Source: a virus
Taxonomy: Duplodnaviria > Caudoviricetes
IMG/VR virus record: IMGVR_UViG_3300022929_000037
Coordinates: 1 to 54,131 of that record
Strand: one strand, 5' to 3'
DNA: 54,131 nucleotides
Part shown: in pieces, positions 26,273-34,639 of the stretch
Layout of the letters: every line of letters starts with the position of its first letter
Position numbering within the stretch: the stretch's first letter is position 1
Position numbers and translations under genes: made by a program
Notes under the pieces: model-generated
What the model was told of the DNA's origin: nothing
The model's input: only the letters and a program-made list of their open reading frames with translations
The model's database searches: none

Positions 26273-27133
26273 CTAGCTGCCCTTCCATGATTCAGCCCCC
26301 GTAAGCAACTCGTAGAATTTGCTTGCATAAAAATCTTGTTCTGCAATACCTGGATGGGAGTCATCCATAGCCTTAAGCATAATATCTTTATATTTACCAT
26401 TATACACTAAGCCAAACCTATAGAGGTGATCTAGAAACATGTCCTCATCTATTTGATATAAATATTTTATTTTATTTCTGCCATCATCTTTGCTTGCCCT
26501 AGCGACAGAGAAAGATCTGTCCCATGTCATTGCAAAGGCATTAATGTTATTGTTTTCTATAAAGCGAATTGCAGCCTCTACCCCGTTCCACATGTCCCTT
26601 TCTGGCTCTGGAAAAAGAATAAATAAGTAGTCTGGTTTGCCGTATCGAATAATATACTCATCGATTAAATTGATAATATCTGACATAGATGCGGAAGGCT
26701 TTCCTAGATTAAAATATCCTGATGTCTTGGTGCTATGGCTTATAGACGTATAAAGTTTGTGTGCCCATAAGAATTCTTCTGGCATAGAATCTCCAAAAGT
26801 TAAAGAACATCCAGCAAAAAGAATATGCTTTCCAGAGTGGTCTGCAGTAAACTCATCACAACGAAAGCCCTCAGAGTTAATTTTATAAAAATCTTTGCTA
26901 CTTAGCCCTAGCTTATTTAAATATTTTTTAGTTACAAAAAATCCATAGGAGTCTACCCAAGGACGTGAAACAGACTTATGAAATCGTTTTTCTGAGTTTT
27001 CTTTTTCATTTAGGCCAAGCTCCGTGAGCTCTGCTAGGATCAGTTCTTTGACCTGATCAAACTCTTTGTGGTATTTTTCATGGCGGCTCATGTAAACTTC
27101 ATTAAGCTTCTTTGGCAAGCTAAATAGGTCCAT
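26273..27133 (-). CDS. SGNH/GDSL-like protein, paralog 2
   Basis: FAGCSLTFG, NLG, YGKPD, DDSHPG. Confidence 0.65.
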   Translation of the reverse strand: MDLFSLPKKLNEVYMSRHEKYHKEFDQVKELILAELTELGLNEKENSEKRFHKSVSRPWVDSYGFFVTKKYLNKLGLSSKDFYKINSEGFRCDEFTADHSGKHILFAGCSLTFGDSMPEEFLWAHKLYTSISHSTKTSGYFNLGKPSASMSDIINLIDEYIIRYGKPDYLFILFPEPERDMWNGVEAAIRFIENNNINAFAMTWDRSFSVARASKDDGRNKIKYLYQIDEDMFLDHLYRFGLVYNGKYKDIMLKAMDDSHPGIAEQDFYASKFYELLTGAESWKGS

Positions 27134-28097
27134 GCAAATCTCTCCAAATATTATATGCAAAGTTATAATAAAAGTCGTGTTCTGCAATTCCTGGGTGAAC
27201 AATATCGAATGCCCTCAACATAAATTTTGCAAATTTATTATTCTTGTTAATCTTTATGAAGGTCATCATGTGGGCCTGGAGTTCTTTTTCAGCAAATTGA
27301 TATAGAGTATTATTCGTCTGCTGTCTTGGGTCAAGCCAGGGGCTTTGGTAAAACACATCATTAAAATTAGGATTTTGATCAAGGTACGCACCGCCCTTGA
27401 AAGAGTGTATGTCCCAAGAAAACATTATAAGTTTGATATTGTTTGTCTCTGCATATTGAATAAGAGCATTGTGCATTGGAAGAATTACAGAGTGCAGACT
27501 CTCTATTGGAATGCCTGCGTCAATTGACCTCTCTAGGTCTGGGAAATTAATAAAGATATATTCTGGATTTCCGTATAGCTCAATATACTTAAAGACTTGA
27601 TAATAAATATCTAAATGGTTAAATCCTGGTCCAGCAACATTGTAATATCCGCTGGTAGGAACTTGCTTACTAATAGATTTATATACCATTTTAGACCAGG
27701 TTAAGTCAATGGGTAGCCCGTCACCAAAAGTTATGGAGCATCCAGCAAACAAAATATGAAGTTTGTCGTGTGAGTCGGAGAACTCGTCGCACCTTAGCCC
27801 GTCTGAGTTTAAGTGGTAAAAATTATCTATTGTCTCGCCAAAGGTCTCAAGATTCTTTTTAGTAAAGTAAAGATTGAATGGAGACATTAAGGCTGGCATT
27901 AGCTTTGAGTATTTCTGAGACTTACTCTCATGGACTTTGCTAAGCGGAAAATTTGTTTCTATGTAGTCAAAAAGCTCTTCCGCTTTATCAAACCATTCCG
28001 TGTAGTCTTCTCCATATTGCTGGTAAAACTCCAGAGTTGACTGGGAAGGATTGAAACCACTTAAATCTTTATACGCCTTGCTCATGTTTTTGAGCAT
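27120..28097 (-). CDS. SGNH/GDSL-like protein, paralog 3
   Basis: FAGCSITFG, YGNPE, DIVHPG. Confidence 0.65.
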   Translation of the reverse strand: MLKNMSKAYKDLSGFNPSQSTLEFYQQYGEDYTEWFDKAEELFDYIETNFPLSKVHESKSQKYSKLMPALMSPFNLYFTKKNLETFGETIDNFYHLNSDGLRCDEFSDSHDKLHILFAGCSITFGDGLPIDLTWSKMVYKSISKQVPTSGYYNVAGPGFNHLDIYYQVFKYIELYGNPEYIFINFPDLERSIDAGIPIESLHSVILPMHNALIQYAETNNIKLIMFSWDIHSFKGGAYLDQNPNFNDVFYQSPWLDPRQQTNNTLYQFAEKELQAHMMTFIKINKNNKFAKFMLRAFDIVHPGIAEHDFYYNFAYNIWRDLHGPI

Positions 28098-28707
28098 GTG
28101 CTACCGCATATGGGTGACGCATGCACTCCCAATCTAACTGATTGCTTAGCTGTTTCCCACCAGTAAAGTCTGGATCTGCATGGTTTGGGATGCTGGTGTG
28201 CATATACAAACAAGTATGCCTTCTTCCAGACGTTACTTCCGTAATTCCATGGATGTGTTCAGAGCCAGCACTTGGGAAGAATACTGCAGAATATTTGCGT
28301 GGCTTATACTCAAAACCCTGATTCGGGAAATAAATAACTCCACCCTCATACTCGCTTGGGTCATTAAGATAGATTATTGTGCTCCACTCAATAAAAGGTT
28401 CTGGATCTTGTGCATCCATGTGTAGTCCACCAGAGCTTCCAGCTGTCCACATAGAGCCAAATGCCTTAAAGACATATATTGGATTAACAAAACCGTTAAG
28501 CTCTTTATGAACCTCGTTTGACTTATCTCCATACTTTACAAGCAAGCTCATAATTCTATCATTATATGGAAATGCTGTTCCTCCAAACCTTTCCTCATAA
28601 TATTCTGGATACGGGTTTGTCTCAGATGGTGACATCTGCTCCTCGATCATTACAGCAGCATCTTCTGGTGTAATAAAGTTATCAATTATATGTATACGAT
28701 GCGTCAT
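28069..28707 (-). CDS. 2OG-Fe(II) oxygenase, prolyl-4-hydroxylase-like
   Basis: HMD, IYLND...YEGGVIYF, FFPS, HGITEVTSGRR. Confidence 0.87.
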   Translation of the reverse strand: MTHRIHIIDNFITPEDAAVMIEEQMSPSETNPYPEYYEERFGGTAFPYNDRIMSLLVKYGDKSNEVHKELNGFVNPIYVFKAFGSMWTAGSSGGLHMDAQDPEPFIEWSTIIYLNDPSEYEGGVIYFPNQGFEYKPRKYSAVFFPSAGSEHIHGITEVTSGRRHTCLYMHTSIPNHADPDFTGGKQLSNQLDWECMRHPYAVAHAQKHEQGV

Positions 28708-28731
28708 ACTTCCTCCTCTACTATTATAGCA

Positions 28732-29562
28732 CTAATAGATTGCCTTAACTGATCCAATAAACCTTTCTCCACCAACGTCTACAATCTTTAAATCATAAGG
28801 GTCATAGGGAACATCATCTTGCTGGTAAAAAATTGGCTTAATTAAATCTGTATCAATGCCTACGCACGTTCCCCAGGCCTTTCCAATCTCAGACTTTAAG
28901 GATTCTACAACAGAGTTATATTTATGCTCTAAAGAAAACGGAACATATAGCTCTTCCAATGGCCTGAATTCTTGTATATCATCAATAATATCTGATGGCG
29001 GGGACCATAAATCAATTTGCTTCTTGAAAATATCTAAAGATAAGTATTCATTTTCTCCGTAAAACTTAAGGTGCACTGGATAGTCTAGAGACTTTATTAA
29101 GTTGCTAGAAGAAAACAATAGCTCACTATTGGCATAAGATGTTTTTTCAAAAGTTTCTGATGTTTCATAACTGGCCTCAAGAAAATGCTTATCTTTAATG
29201 CTTAGCGATGGCTTACCATATCCAGAAATTATTCCAGGATTTTCCTTAAAAAATTCAACCAGCCTGGAGTCCCAGCCTTCTGATAAATAAATCCTGTCTG
29301 ATAGTATTAAGGTATACTCAGAGTGTATTTCTGGCATATGAATTGCGGTCTGCTTGAAGCTACACGGACTATTGAGTTTGTCCCAAAAAATATGAGAGTA
29401 TTCAAGGTTATTTAGATGAGAAAACTTATCTTTTCTAAGCATTGGGTGCTGATCATACACAGTAACGTGAACCGAACCAGATGAGGTATTAAACACATTC
29501 TCTACTATATCGAGAAGTTTTGGGTTTTTATAAGAATATATAACTACACTAATACTAATCAT
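28732..29562 (-). CDS. divergent GT-A glycosyltransferase resembling the GT60-like paralogs
   Basis: ISVVIYSYKNPKL, LSEGWD, FYGENEYLSL; DxH motif degenerate. Confidence 0.5.
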   Translation of the reverse strand: MISISVVIYSYKNPKLLDIVENVFNTSSGSVHVTVYDQHPMLRKDKFSHLNNLEYSHIFWDKLNSPCSFKQTAIHMPEIHSEYTLILSDRIYLSEGWDSRLVEFFKENPGIISGYGKPSLSIKDKHFLEASYETSETFEKTSYANSELLFSSSNLIKSLDYPVHLKFYGENEYLSLDIFKKQIDLWSPPSDIIDDIQEFRPLEELYVPFSLEHKYNSVVESLKSEIGKAWGTCVGIDTDLIKPIFYQQDDVPYDPYDLKIVDVGGERFIGSVKAIY

Positions 29563-30310
29563 TTCTCATAGACTTCCCACGAAAAATTTTCTTACGCCAG
29601 GCAAACCACTTGTAGTATCCGTGAATTCTTGTTCTTCTTTTTTCAGCTGCAAAGGTATGCCTCTCAATTTCTTTTTCAGAATCGTCCACTTCCATTTCCC
29701 AATTATCTCTTTTAAAAGGAAGAATCTGAAATAGTGGGGTTCCCTTTGGAATAACTCCTCTAAAGCCTTGCTTTAAGAAAAAAGCAATAAAGACAGGCAA
29801 ACCCCAAATATCCGATTCGACGATTCCCGACTGGACAGTAAATGGCAAATCATATCTATTCATTGGGTGTGTAATAAGAACAGAGTATCCTGGCGGAGTT
29901 TCATAATACCAGCCCATCTTAAAGCCATAGTGAATAGGGTGATGTCCTTCTGGAACTGGCAGCTCAATAGTTGGTCTATGATCTACAATCATATTCTCAC
30001 CGTCCCACCACAAAATTGGTTTACCGTCATCGTCAATTTCTACGTGTAAATCATCTGTCAGCATGTAGTGATATCCAGCTGTCATAGCATCTAGGAATGG
30101 CGGACACTGTTTGGTAGCAACTGTTGCACCATCTGTGCCAATATAGTTTACTGGATGAAGAGTTTTTTCGCTATTAGATTTATGATGCTTTGCTAAAGTT
30201 TTATACCATTCTGGCACGTGCATAGAAGCAGGCTCTGGAGGAATTAAGCCATGCTCTTTATATTTAGAATGAGCTGGTGTAAAAACAATTTTTAACAAAT
30301 TGTCTTCCAC
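29555..30310 (-). CDS. conserved phage protein (DUF6065-like), paralog 1
   Basis: PEWYK, CPPFLDAMTAGY, PGYSVL, GTPLFQILPFKR. Confidence 0.5.
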   Translation of the reverse strand: MEDNLLKIVFTPAHSKYKEHGLIPPEPASMHVPEWYKTLAKHHKSNSEKTLHPVNYIGTDGATVATKQCPPFLDAMTAGYHYMLTDDLHVEIDDDGKPILWWDGENMIVDHRPTIELPVPEGHHPIHYGFKMGWYYETPPGYSVLITHPMNRYDLPFTVQSGIVESDIWGLPVFIAFFLKQGFRGVIPKGTPLFQILPFKRDNWEMEVDDSEKEIERHTFAAEKRRTRIHGYYKWFAWRKKIFRGKSMRND

Positions 30311-31035
30311 TATCTATACTCCTTCTTAGAACGAAATTTATTTTTATAACCATTCATAAAGGTGCTTCTAAGGTTAAGTCTTTGGCTATTGAACAGCGTT
30401 TTTGCATCTGCTGGATCTACGACTTCAGAGCTCCACTCTTCTCTCTTAAATGGTATTAGCTGATACAGCGGTGTGCCTTGCCTAATTGTGCCCTTAAACC
30501 CCTTCTTTACAAGGAAAGAGACGTGACCATCTGATACAAATCCATCTGTATCAATCAGTCCTGTAAAAGCCCACAACGGCGAATCATCTGTGTGATATGG
30601 GTTAGTAAACAAAACGCTGTATCCTGGGTCAGTTCCCACAGCCCAAGTTGGCAAAATTCTAAATAGTTGTTTATGGTATTTTTCTGGATCAATCGGGTAG
30701 TTCTCATACTGCTCTGGTGCATGCGTAGCAAATAAGTCAGCCTTTAGACTTTGTAAAGTTAGTGGTATTTGCCACTCTAGCTTTTCTGGATTCGTAGCAT
30801 CTAGGTGGATATCACAAGGTGCCACAATCATGTAGCCTGCAGTCATGGCATCAAAGATAGGCATGCACCTTTTAATTGTAGATGCAGCTGTTCCAGACTG
30901 CGGAATCATTTCTGCATCCCCCTTGTTCCCTGGCTGAGTTTTATACCACTCTGGGACAAGCCTTACTGATGGCTTTGGTGGTGGCACGAAATCCATAGTT
31001 TGTTCACTAAATGGATAAAATCTAATTGTTGGCAT
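30310..31035 (-). CDS. conserved phage protein (DUF6065-like), paralog 2
   Basis: PEWYK, CMPIFDAMTAGY, PGYSVL, GTPLYQLIPFKR. Confidence 0.5.
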   Translation of the reverse strand: MPTIRFYPFSEQTMDFVPPPKPSVRLVPEWYKTQPGNKGDAEMIPQSGTAASTIKRCMPIFDAMTAGYMIVAPCDIHLDATNPEKLEWQIPLTLQSLKADLFATHAPEQYENYPIDPEKYHKQLFRILPTWAVGTDPGYSVLFTNPYHTDDSPLWAFTGLIDTDGFVSDGHVSFLVKKGFKGTIRQGTPLYQLIPFKREEWSSEVVDPADAKTLFNSQRLNLRSTFMNGYKNKFRSKKEYR

Positions 31036-31699
31036 ACTGCTCCTTAATTCTATCTACTATTATAGCATCTCCACGAAATGTCATATCAAACATGGGGTCT
31101 CCTCGTCTTGGAATACCAAGCTCATGATCCTCCATGTGGCTACCAGTATTTTTAAATTTAAAATAAACAAAATGCGGCTGTAACAAATCTGCGTCTCTTG
31201 GTGGCTGATGCCAAAAATCAGTTTCTTTATTAATTAAAAAGGCAGATTCAACACTTGGCTGTAGGTATGTTACTTCTACATTTGCATCTATAAACCACGG
31301 CACAAAAAATTTATAAGTTCCTTCAAAGCAGTCTTCTTGTTCTGGCATTGAATAACTAGTGTTATAGTATTGCCTCATCCACAACCTATCTACATGGTAA
31401 AGGGGCTCGTCTCCTTGTTTTAAAAGAAACATATCTGCTGCTAAATGGTATCTAATGGTTATTTCATCCCCATTAATTGATAGCAACGATGGTTGATGTC
31501 CAATGTTTTGAACATAGTTATTTAAGGGCTTAACTATAGAATCTTTATACGGACCGTTCAAGACCTCTTGGTAAGACATCCAGGATGGCTTTACCATTGA
31601 TTTAAAGCTAAGATCTATAAAGTCTGGATCTTTTGTTTCATACCAGATCTTTTTATTATCTATCGTGCTATGCGTATCATGAATCATTTTCTTTTCCAT
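31022..31699 (-). CDS. hypothetical protein
   Basis: 225 aa ORF directly downstream of tRNA-Thr. Confidence 0.6.
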   Translation of the reverse strand: MEKKMIHDTHSTIDNKKIWYETKDPDFIDLSFKSMVKPSWMSYQEVLNGPYKDSIVKPLNNYVQNIGHQPSLLSINGDEITIRYHLAADMFLLKQGDEPLYHVDRLWMRQYYNTSYSMPEQEDCFEGTYKFFVPWFIDANVEVTYLQPSVESAFLINKETDFWHQPPRDADLLQPHFVYFKFKNTGSHMEDHELGIPRRGDPMFDMTFRGDAIIVDRIKEQYANN

Positions 31700-31701
31700 A
31701 G

Positions 31702-31775
31702 AGCCTCCTGTCAGATTCGAACTGACGACCTACGCATTACAAGTGCGTTGCTCTGGCCAACTGAGCTAAGGAGGC
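31702..31775 (-). tRNA. tRNA-Thr(UGU)
   Basis: GCCTCCT acceptor, TAGCTCAG D-arm, ACGCA-CTTGTAA-TGCGT anticodon arm, TTCGAAT T-loop; no CCA. Confidence 0.93.
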
Positions 31776-31779
31776 AGTG

Positions 31780-31853
31780 CGACCTGGATGGGACTTGAAC
31801 CCACGACCCCCACCGTGACAGGGTGGTGCTCTAACCAACTGAGCTACCAGGCC
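31780..31853 (-). tRNA. tRNA-Asp(GUC)
   Basis: CCACC-CTGTCAC-GGTGG anticodon arm, TTCAAGT T-loop; no CCA. Confidence 0.93.
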
Positions 31854-31857
31854 TAAG

Positions 31858-31929
31858 CTCCCCTCCGTGGATTCGAACCACGAACCTTAGAGTTAACAGC
31901 TCTCTGCTCTGCCATTGAGCTAGAGGGGA
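31858..31929 (-). tRNA. tRNA-Asn(GUU)
   Basis: TCCCCTC acceptor, AGAG-CTGTTAA-CTCT anticodon arm, TTCGAAT T-loop; no CCA. Confidence 0.92.
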
Positions 31930-31937
31930 AGGTATAA

Positions 31938-33176
31938 CTAGTATACACTATTCAGATAAGAGTACATGTTCTTGTAAAACTCATCTGTCGTATATCCAAA
32001 CCTATTTGAGAATGCAGTCTTCCACGAAATGCCACGACCCATATCCGACATAAAACCAATAAATGTTTCATATGATGAAGTGCCAATGAGGTATTCTACT
32101 GCAAGACCTCCAAGGTCATATGCTGCATAATCATTTATGAGGTGCCTAGACTGTGATGTAGAGCCTACCTCAAGAAGAGTATAGATGCCTACAAGATCTG
32201 ACTCACTCATATTATTAATTGCATTCGCAAGGCCAAATCCATACTCGGTTGCCATCAACCTAGTGGCGACACCTTTTGAGCCTGCCACCATTGAAGATCC
32301 AGGGTTTGCCACGGTGTATCCAAAATATTTCGCTGACCCTCCAGAAATCCATAGAGGATTATTGCTTGGTGTTAGCCCAATACTTGACTGAAGGCTCTGA
32401 AAATATTTTTGAACAATTGACTCTTTTTGCCAACGAATAGTCCTGTCATCAGTTTTGGTTGACACGCACAGATAGAAAACTTTTGGCTGTGCGTCTCCTG
32501 GACCGCAATCGCTACCCCATGGACCATTGCCAATATAAGACACCCAGGTTTCTCCAGTAGGAAGCCTACCACCATAAGTTGCCATCATTTGGTCTGCCCA
32601 CTCCAAATCATTTACCGTAAACAGGACTGCGTGATAATTATCAATAATTCCGATGTTGTGGTCCCAAATACTAACTGCATCAGACAGGGCTTTCTCTAGG
32701 GAGTTTTCCTGAGAACTTGACATAGATGGTCCCACCAAAACCTGACTATCTTCAACGGTAAAAGATCCATCTATCTGTGTTCTAAAGCTAGCATAAGCAA
32801 GATTCGCAACGCTAATCTTTATTTCTTCGGGCTCCTCGGCTGGAGGTTCGCTCTCTGTTGGTATAGTTTCTGCAACCTCTTCTTTTGCAGGACTTGATAG
32901 CTGTGTAGATGATGAGCTTTCTGGCTCTACCTTCTCTTCAGAGCGTGGCGAATCAGGCTCTACGGATAGCTCCTGTGTGACCTCTTCTGGACTCTTAACA
33001 GCAGGAGAACTAGTCTCTGCTGGAGATGGGGTAGCCGTGTCTTCTTGTACTGGTAGCAAGGGATCTGCTAACCTAGTTGTTTGAGAAAGCTCCTGATCTA
33101 TTACTGTCGAACACCCAGAAACTAAAAATAGCGGTATGGCTACTAGAGCTGCAACAGCTTGATTACGTGTTGGCAA
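31938..33176 (-). CDS. lipoprotein with Pro/Ser/Glu linker and degenerate gluzincin-like domain
   Basis: GGAGGAG RBS, TTG start, signal ending in lipobox VSG-C; PLWISGGSAKY and AYDLGGLAVEYL. Confidence 0.6.
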   Translation of the reverse strand: MPTRNQAVAALVAIPLFLVSGCSTVIDQELSQTTRLADPLLPVQEDTATPSPAETSSPAVKSPEEVTQELSVEPDSPRSEEKVEPESSSSTQLSSPAKEEVAETIPTESEPPAEEPEEIKISVANLAYASFRTQIDGSFTVEDSQVLVGPSMSSSQENSLEKALSDAVSIWDHNIGIIDNYHAVLFTVNDLEWADQMMATYGGRLPTGETWVSYIGNGPWGSDCGPGDAQPKVFYLCVSTKTDDRTIRWQKESIVQKYFQSLQSSIGLTPSNNPLWISGGSAKYFGYTVANPGSSMVAGSKGVATRLMATEYGFGLANAINNMSESDLVGIYTLLEVGSTSQSRHLINDYAAYDLGGLAVEYLIGTSSYETFIGFMSDMGRGISWKTAFSNRFGYTTDEFYKNMYSYLNSVY

Positions 33177-33313
33177 GGGTCTCCTCCATTTTCCCACTCT
33201 TGCTCTTCTTCTTCTGTCATATATGGGTCTCCATTGTGAGTATTGCAAAATGGCTCGCTAACCCAGCCCTGCTCAATGCCCTCACGGAGCCACTCAGAGA
33301 ATTTATTTTCCAT
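33143..33313 (-). CDS. 56 aa hypothetical protein (not in ORF track), leaderless
   Basis: MENKFSEWLREGIEQGWVSEPFCNTHNGDPYMTEEEEQEWENGGDPCQHVIKLLQL; TTGACA(33348-33343)-17-TATAAT(33325-33320)-6-ATG. Confidence 0.75.
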   Translation of the reverse strand: MENKFSEWLREGIEQGWVSEPFCNTHNGDPYMTEEEEQEWENGGDPCQHVIKLLQL

Positions 33314-33348
33314 GTATAAATTATATACTAGGTGTGTAGGTTTGTCAA

Positions 33349-34083
33349 CTACCAGGATTTGTCATAAATTTTAGGTAGTGGGAAATAGTGCTGCTCCCAA
33401 AATGGCTCATTCTCCATGTTAGCATTTAAATAAGCTTCCTGCTGAATTACTTTTAATGGTATGACATCATAGGCAATTGTAATTCTTTCTCCTGGCCATT
33501 CCCAAGGACCCATGGCATGCTGGTAACCAACCATAGACATTACTGCACGATTATTCTTGTTGTGGTTTACCTTCATCTCACCGTTTACGTCGTAGTGCGT
33601 AGTTGATGGCTCTGCATTTACGGAATAATATCCATGAAATGCTGGCACCCTAATGTTTGGATCTAGGTGGTCGTGCCACTCCAGCTTGGCACCCTTATCA
33701 ATGCTGTTAATGTTAAACCAAGCTTGGGCCATCCACTGCTCAGAGTTATAATCAATTTCATAGTAGTCACAGGCCTCACGTGTCATGTCAACGACTGCAG
33801 AGAATAGTTCGTGCATAAATGGATAATACATCTGGAATGCATTATACTCTCTTGACTTATGTGTTGAAAGGGACTTTGAATAAGTAAAAATATCTGTCTC
33901 ATCATCGTGTGGTCTGATGCCCCACATTTCCAAATTTGCAATTCTTTCATACTCTAGCTTTAGTCGCTCTGCTGCGTAGTCTAGATCATTGTCTAAAAAT
34001 CTTTCAAAAAACTTTTGAGGTTTTGAGTTTTTATCAAAGTCCCAGTCTTCTGGGCCTTGATAGTTATGCTTTGACATTTCCAT
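33349..34083 (-). CDS. 2OG-Fe(II) oxygenase-like protein
   Basis: AWFNIN, WHDH, HAM, RITIAYD. Confidence 0.65.
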   Translation of the reverse strand: MEMSKHNYQGPEDWDFDKNSKPQKFFERFLDNDLDYAAERLKLEYERIANLEMWGIRPHDDETDIFTYSKSLSTHKSREYNAFQMYYPFMHELFSAVVDMTREACDYYEIDYNSEQWMAQAWFNINSIDKGAKLEWHDHLDPNIRVPAFHGYYSVNAEPSTTHYDVNGEMKVNHNKNNRAVMSMVGYQHAMGPWEWPGERITIAYDVIPLKVIQQEAYLNANMENEPFWEQHYFPLPKIYDKSW

Positions 34084-34107
34084 TGCTTCTCTTTCTCTAG
34101 ATATAGG

Positions 34108-34147
34108 AATACCCTACCAAACATTATACACTATTTGGCAGGGTATT
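34108..34147 (-). terminator. 14 bp stem-loop after holin-like operon; loop contains TATAAT
   Basis: AATACCCTGCCAAA / TTTGGTAGGGTATT on minus strand (one G-U). Confidence 0.5.
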
Positions 34148-34155
34148 GCTATACG

Positions 34156-34431
34156 TTAGTCTTGGTTTTTATCTACTTTGGCAAAAGCAGCATTAATCTC
34201 ATCCATTGTAAGCTTGCCGTCATCCAGAAATGCTCTAGCGAGCTTCTCAACAACAGTTGCTACTCCAAGGATACCTGCCATCATTACTGCAGATAGCATA
34301 TCAATACCAACTACAGCACCTGCACCCAGGACACCAAGTCCAGATGCAGCAAATACAGCAGCGATTCTCCAAAGGACGTTCTTCAGGGTTTCCCAACCAC
34401 CAACAACGCCCATTCCGTTCTCGTCTTCCAT
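34156..34431 (-). CDS. holin-like membrane protein
   Basis: Two TM segments, DDGKLT..EINAAF tail. Confidence 0.6.
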   Translation of the reverse strand: MEDENGMGVVGGWETLKNVLWRIAAVFAASGLGVLGAGAVVGIDMLSAVMMAGILGVATVVEKLARAFLDDGKLTMDEINAAFAKVDKNQD

Positions 34432-34441
34432 ACTTTCCTCC

Positions 34442-34639
34442 TTATTCCTTAGGGTTTCTAAGCCTAAAAGTGATTATCCACAAAGCAAGGGTTCCTAGGA
34501 TTACGTAGCCAGTAACGGTCTTCGCTGATCCCTCCAAAACAATCCATGCCACAAACATACCAACTAAGGTCCACGCCTCAGATACTACATCTGTAAATAT
34601 ATTCTTGATTCCTGTGAATAGTTTCTTTATGAACTTCAT
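34442..34639 (-). CDS. small membrane protein
   Basis: Two TM segments; TAATG coupling. Confidence 0.65.
   Translation of the reverse strand: MKFIKKLFTGIKNIFTDVVSEAWTLVGMFVAWIVLEGSAKTVTGYVILGTLALWIITFRLRNPKE

Noticed and set aside
33177-33248. Arg-rich N-terminus of ORF 31938..33248 as a Tat signal
   Set aside because: It is the shifted frame of the 56 aa gene 33143..33313; the lipoprotein more plausibly starts at TTG 33176 with a strong RBS.
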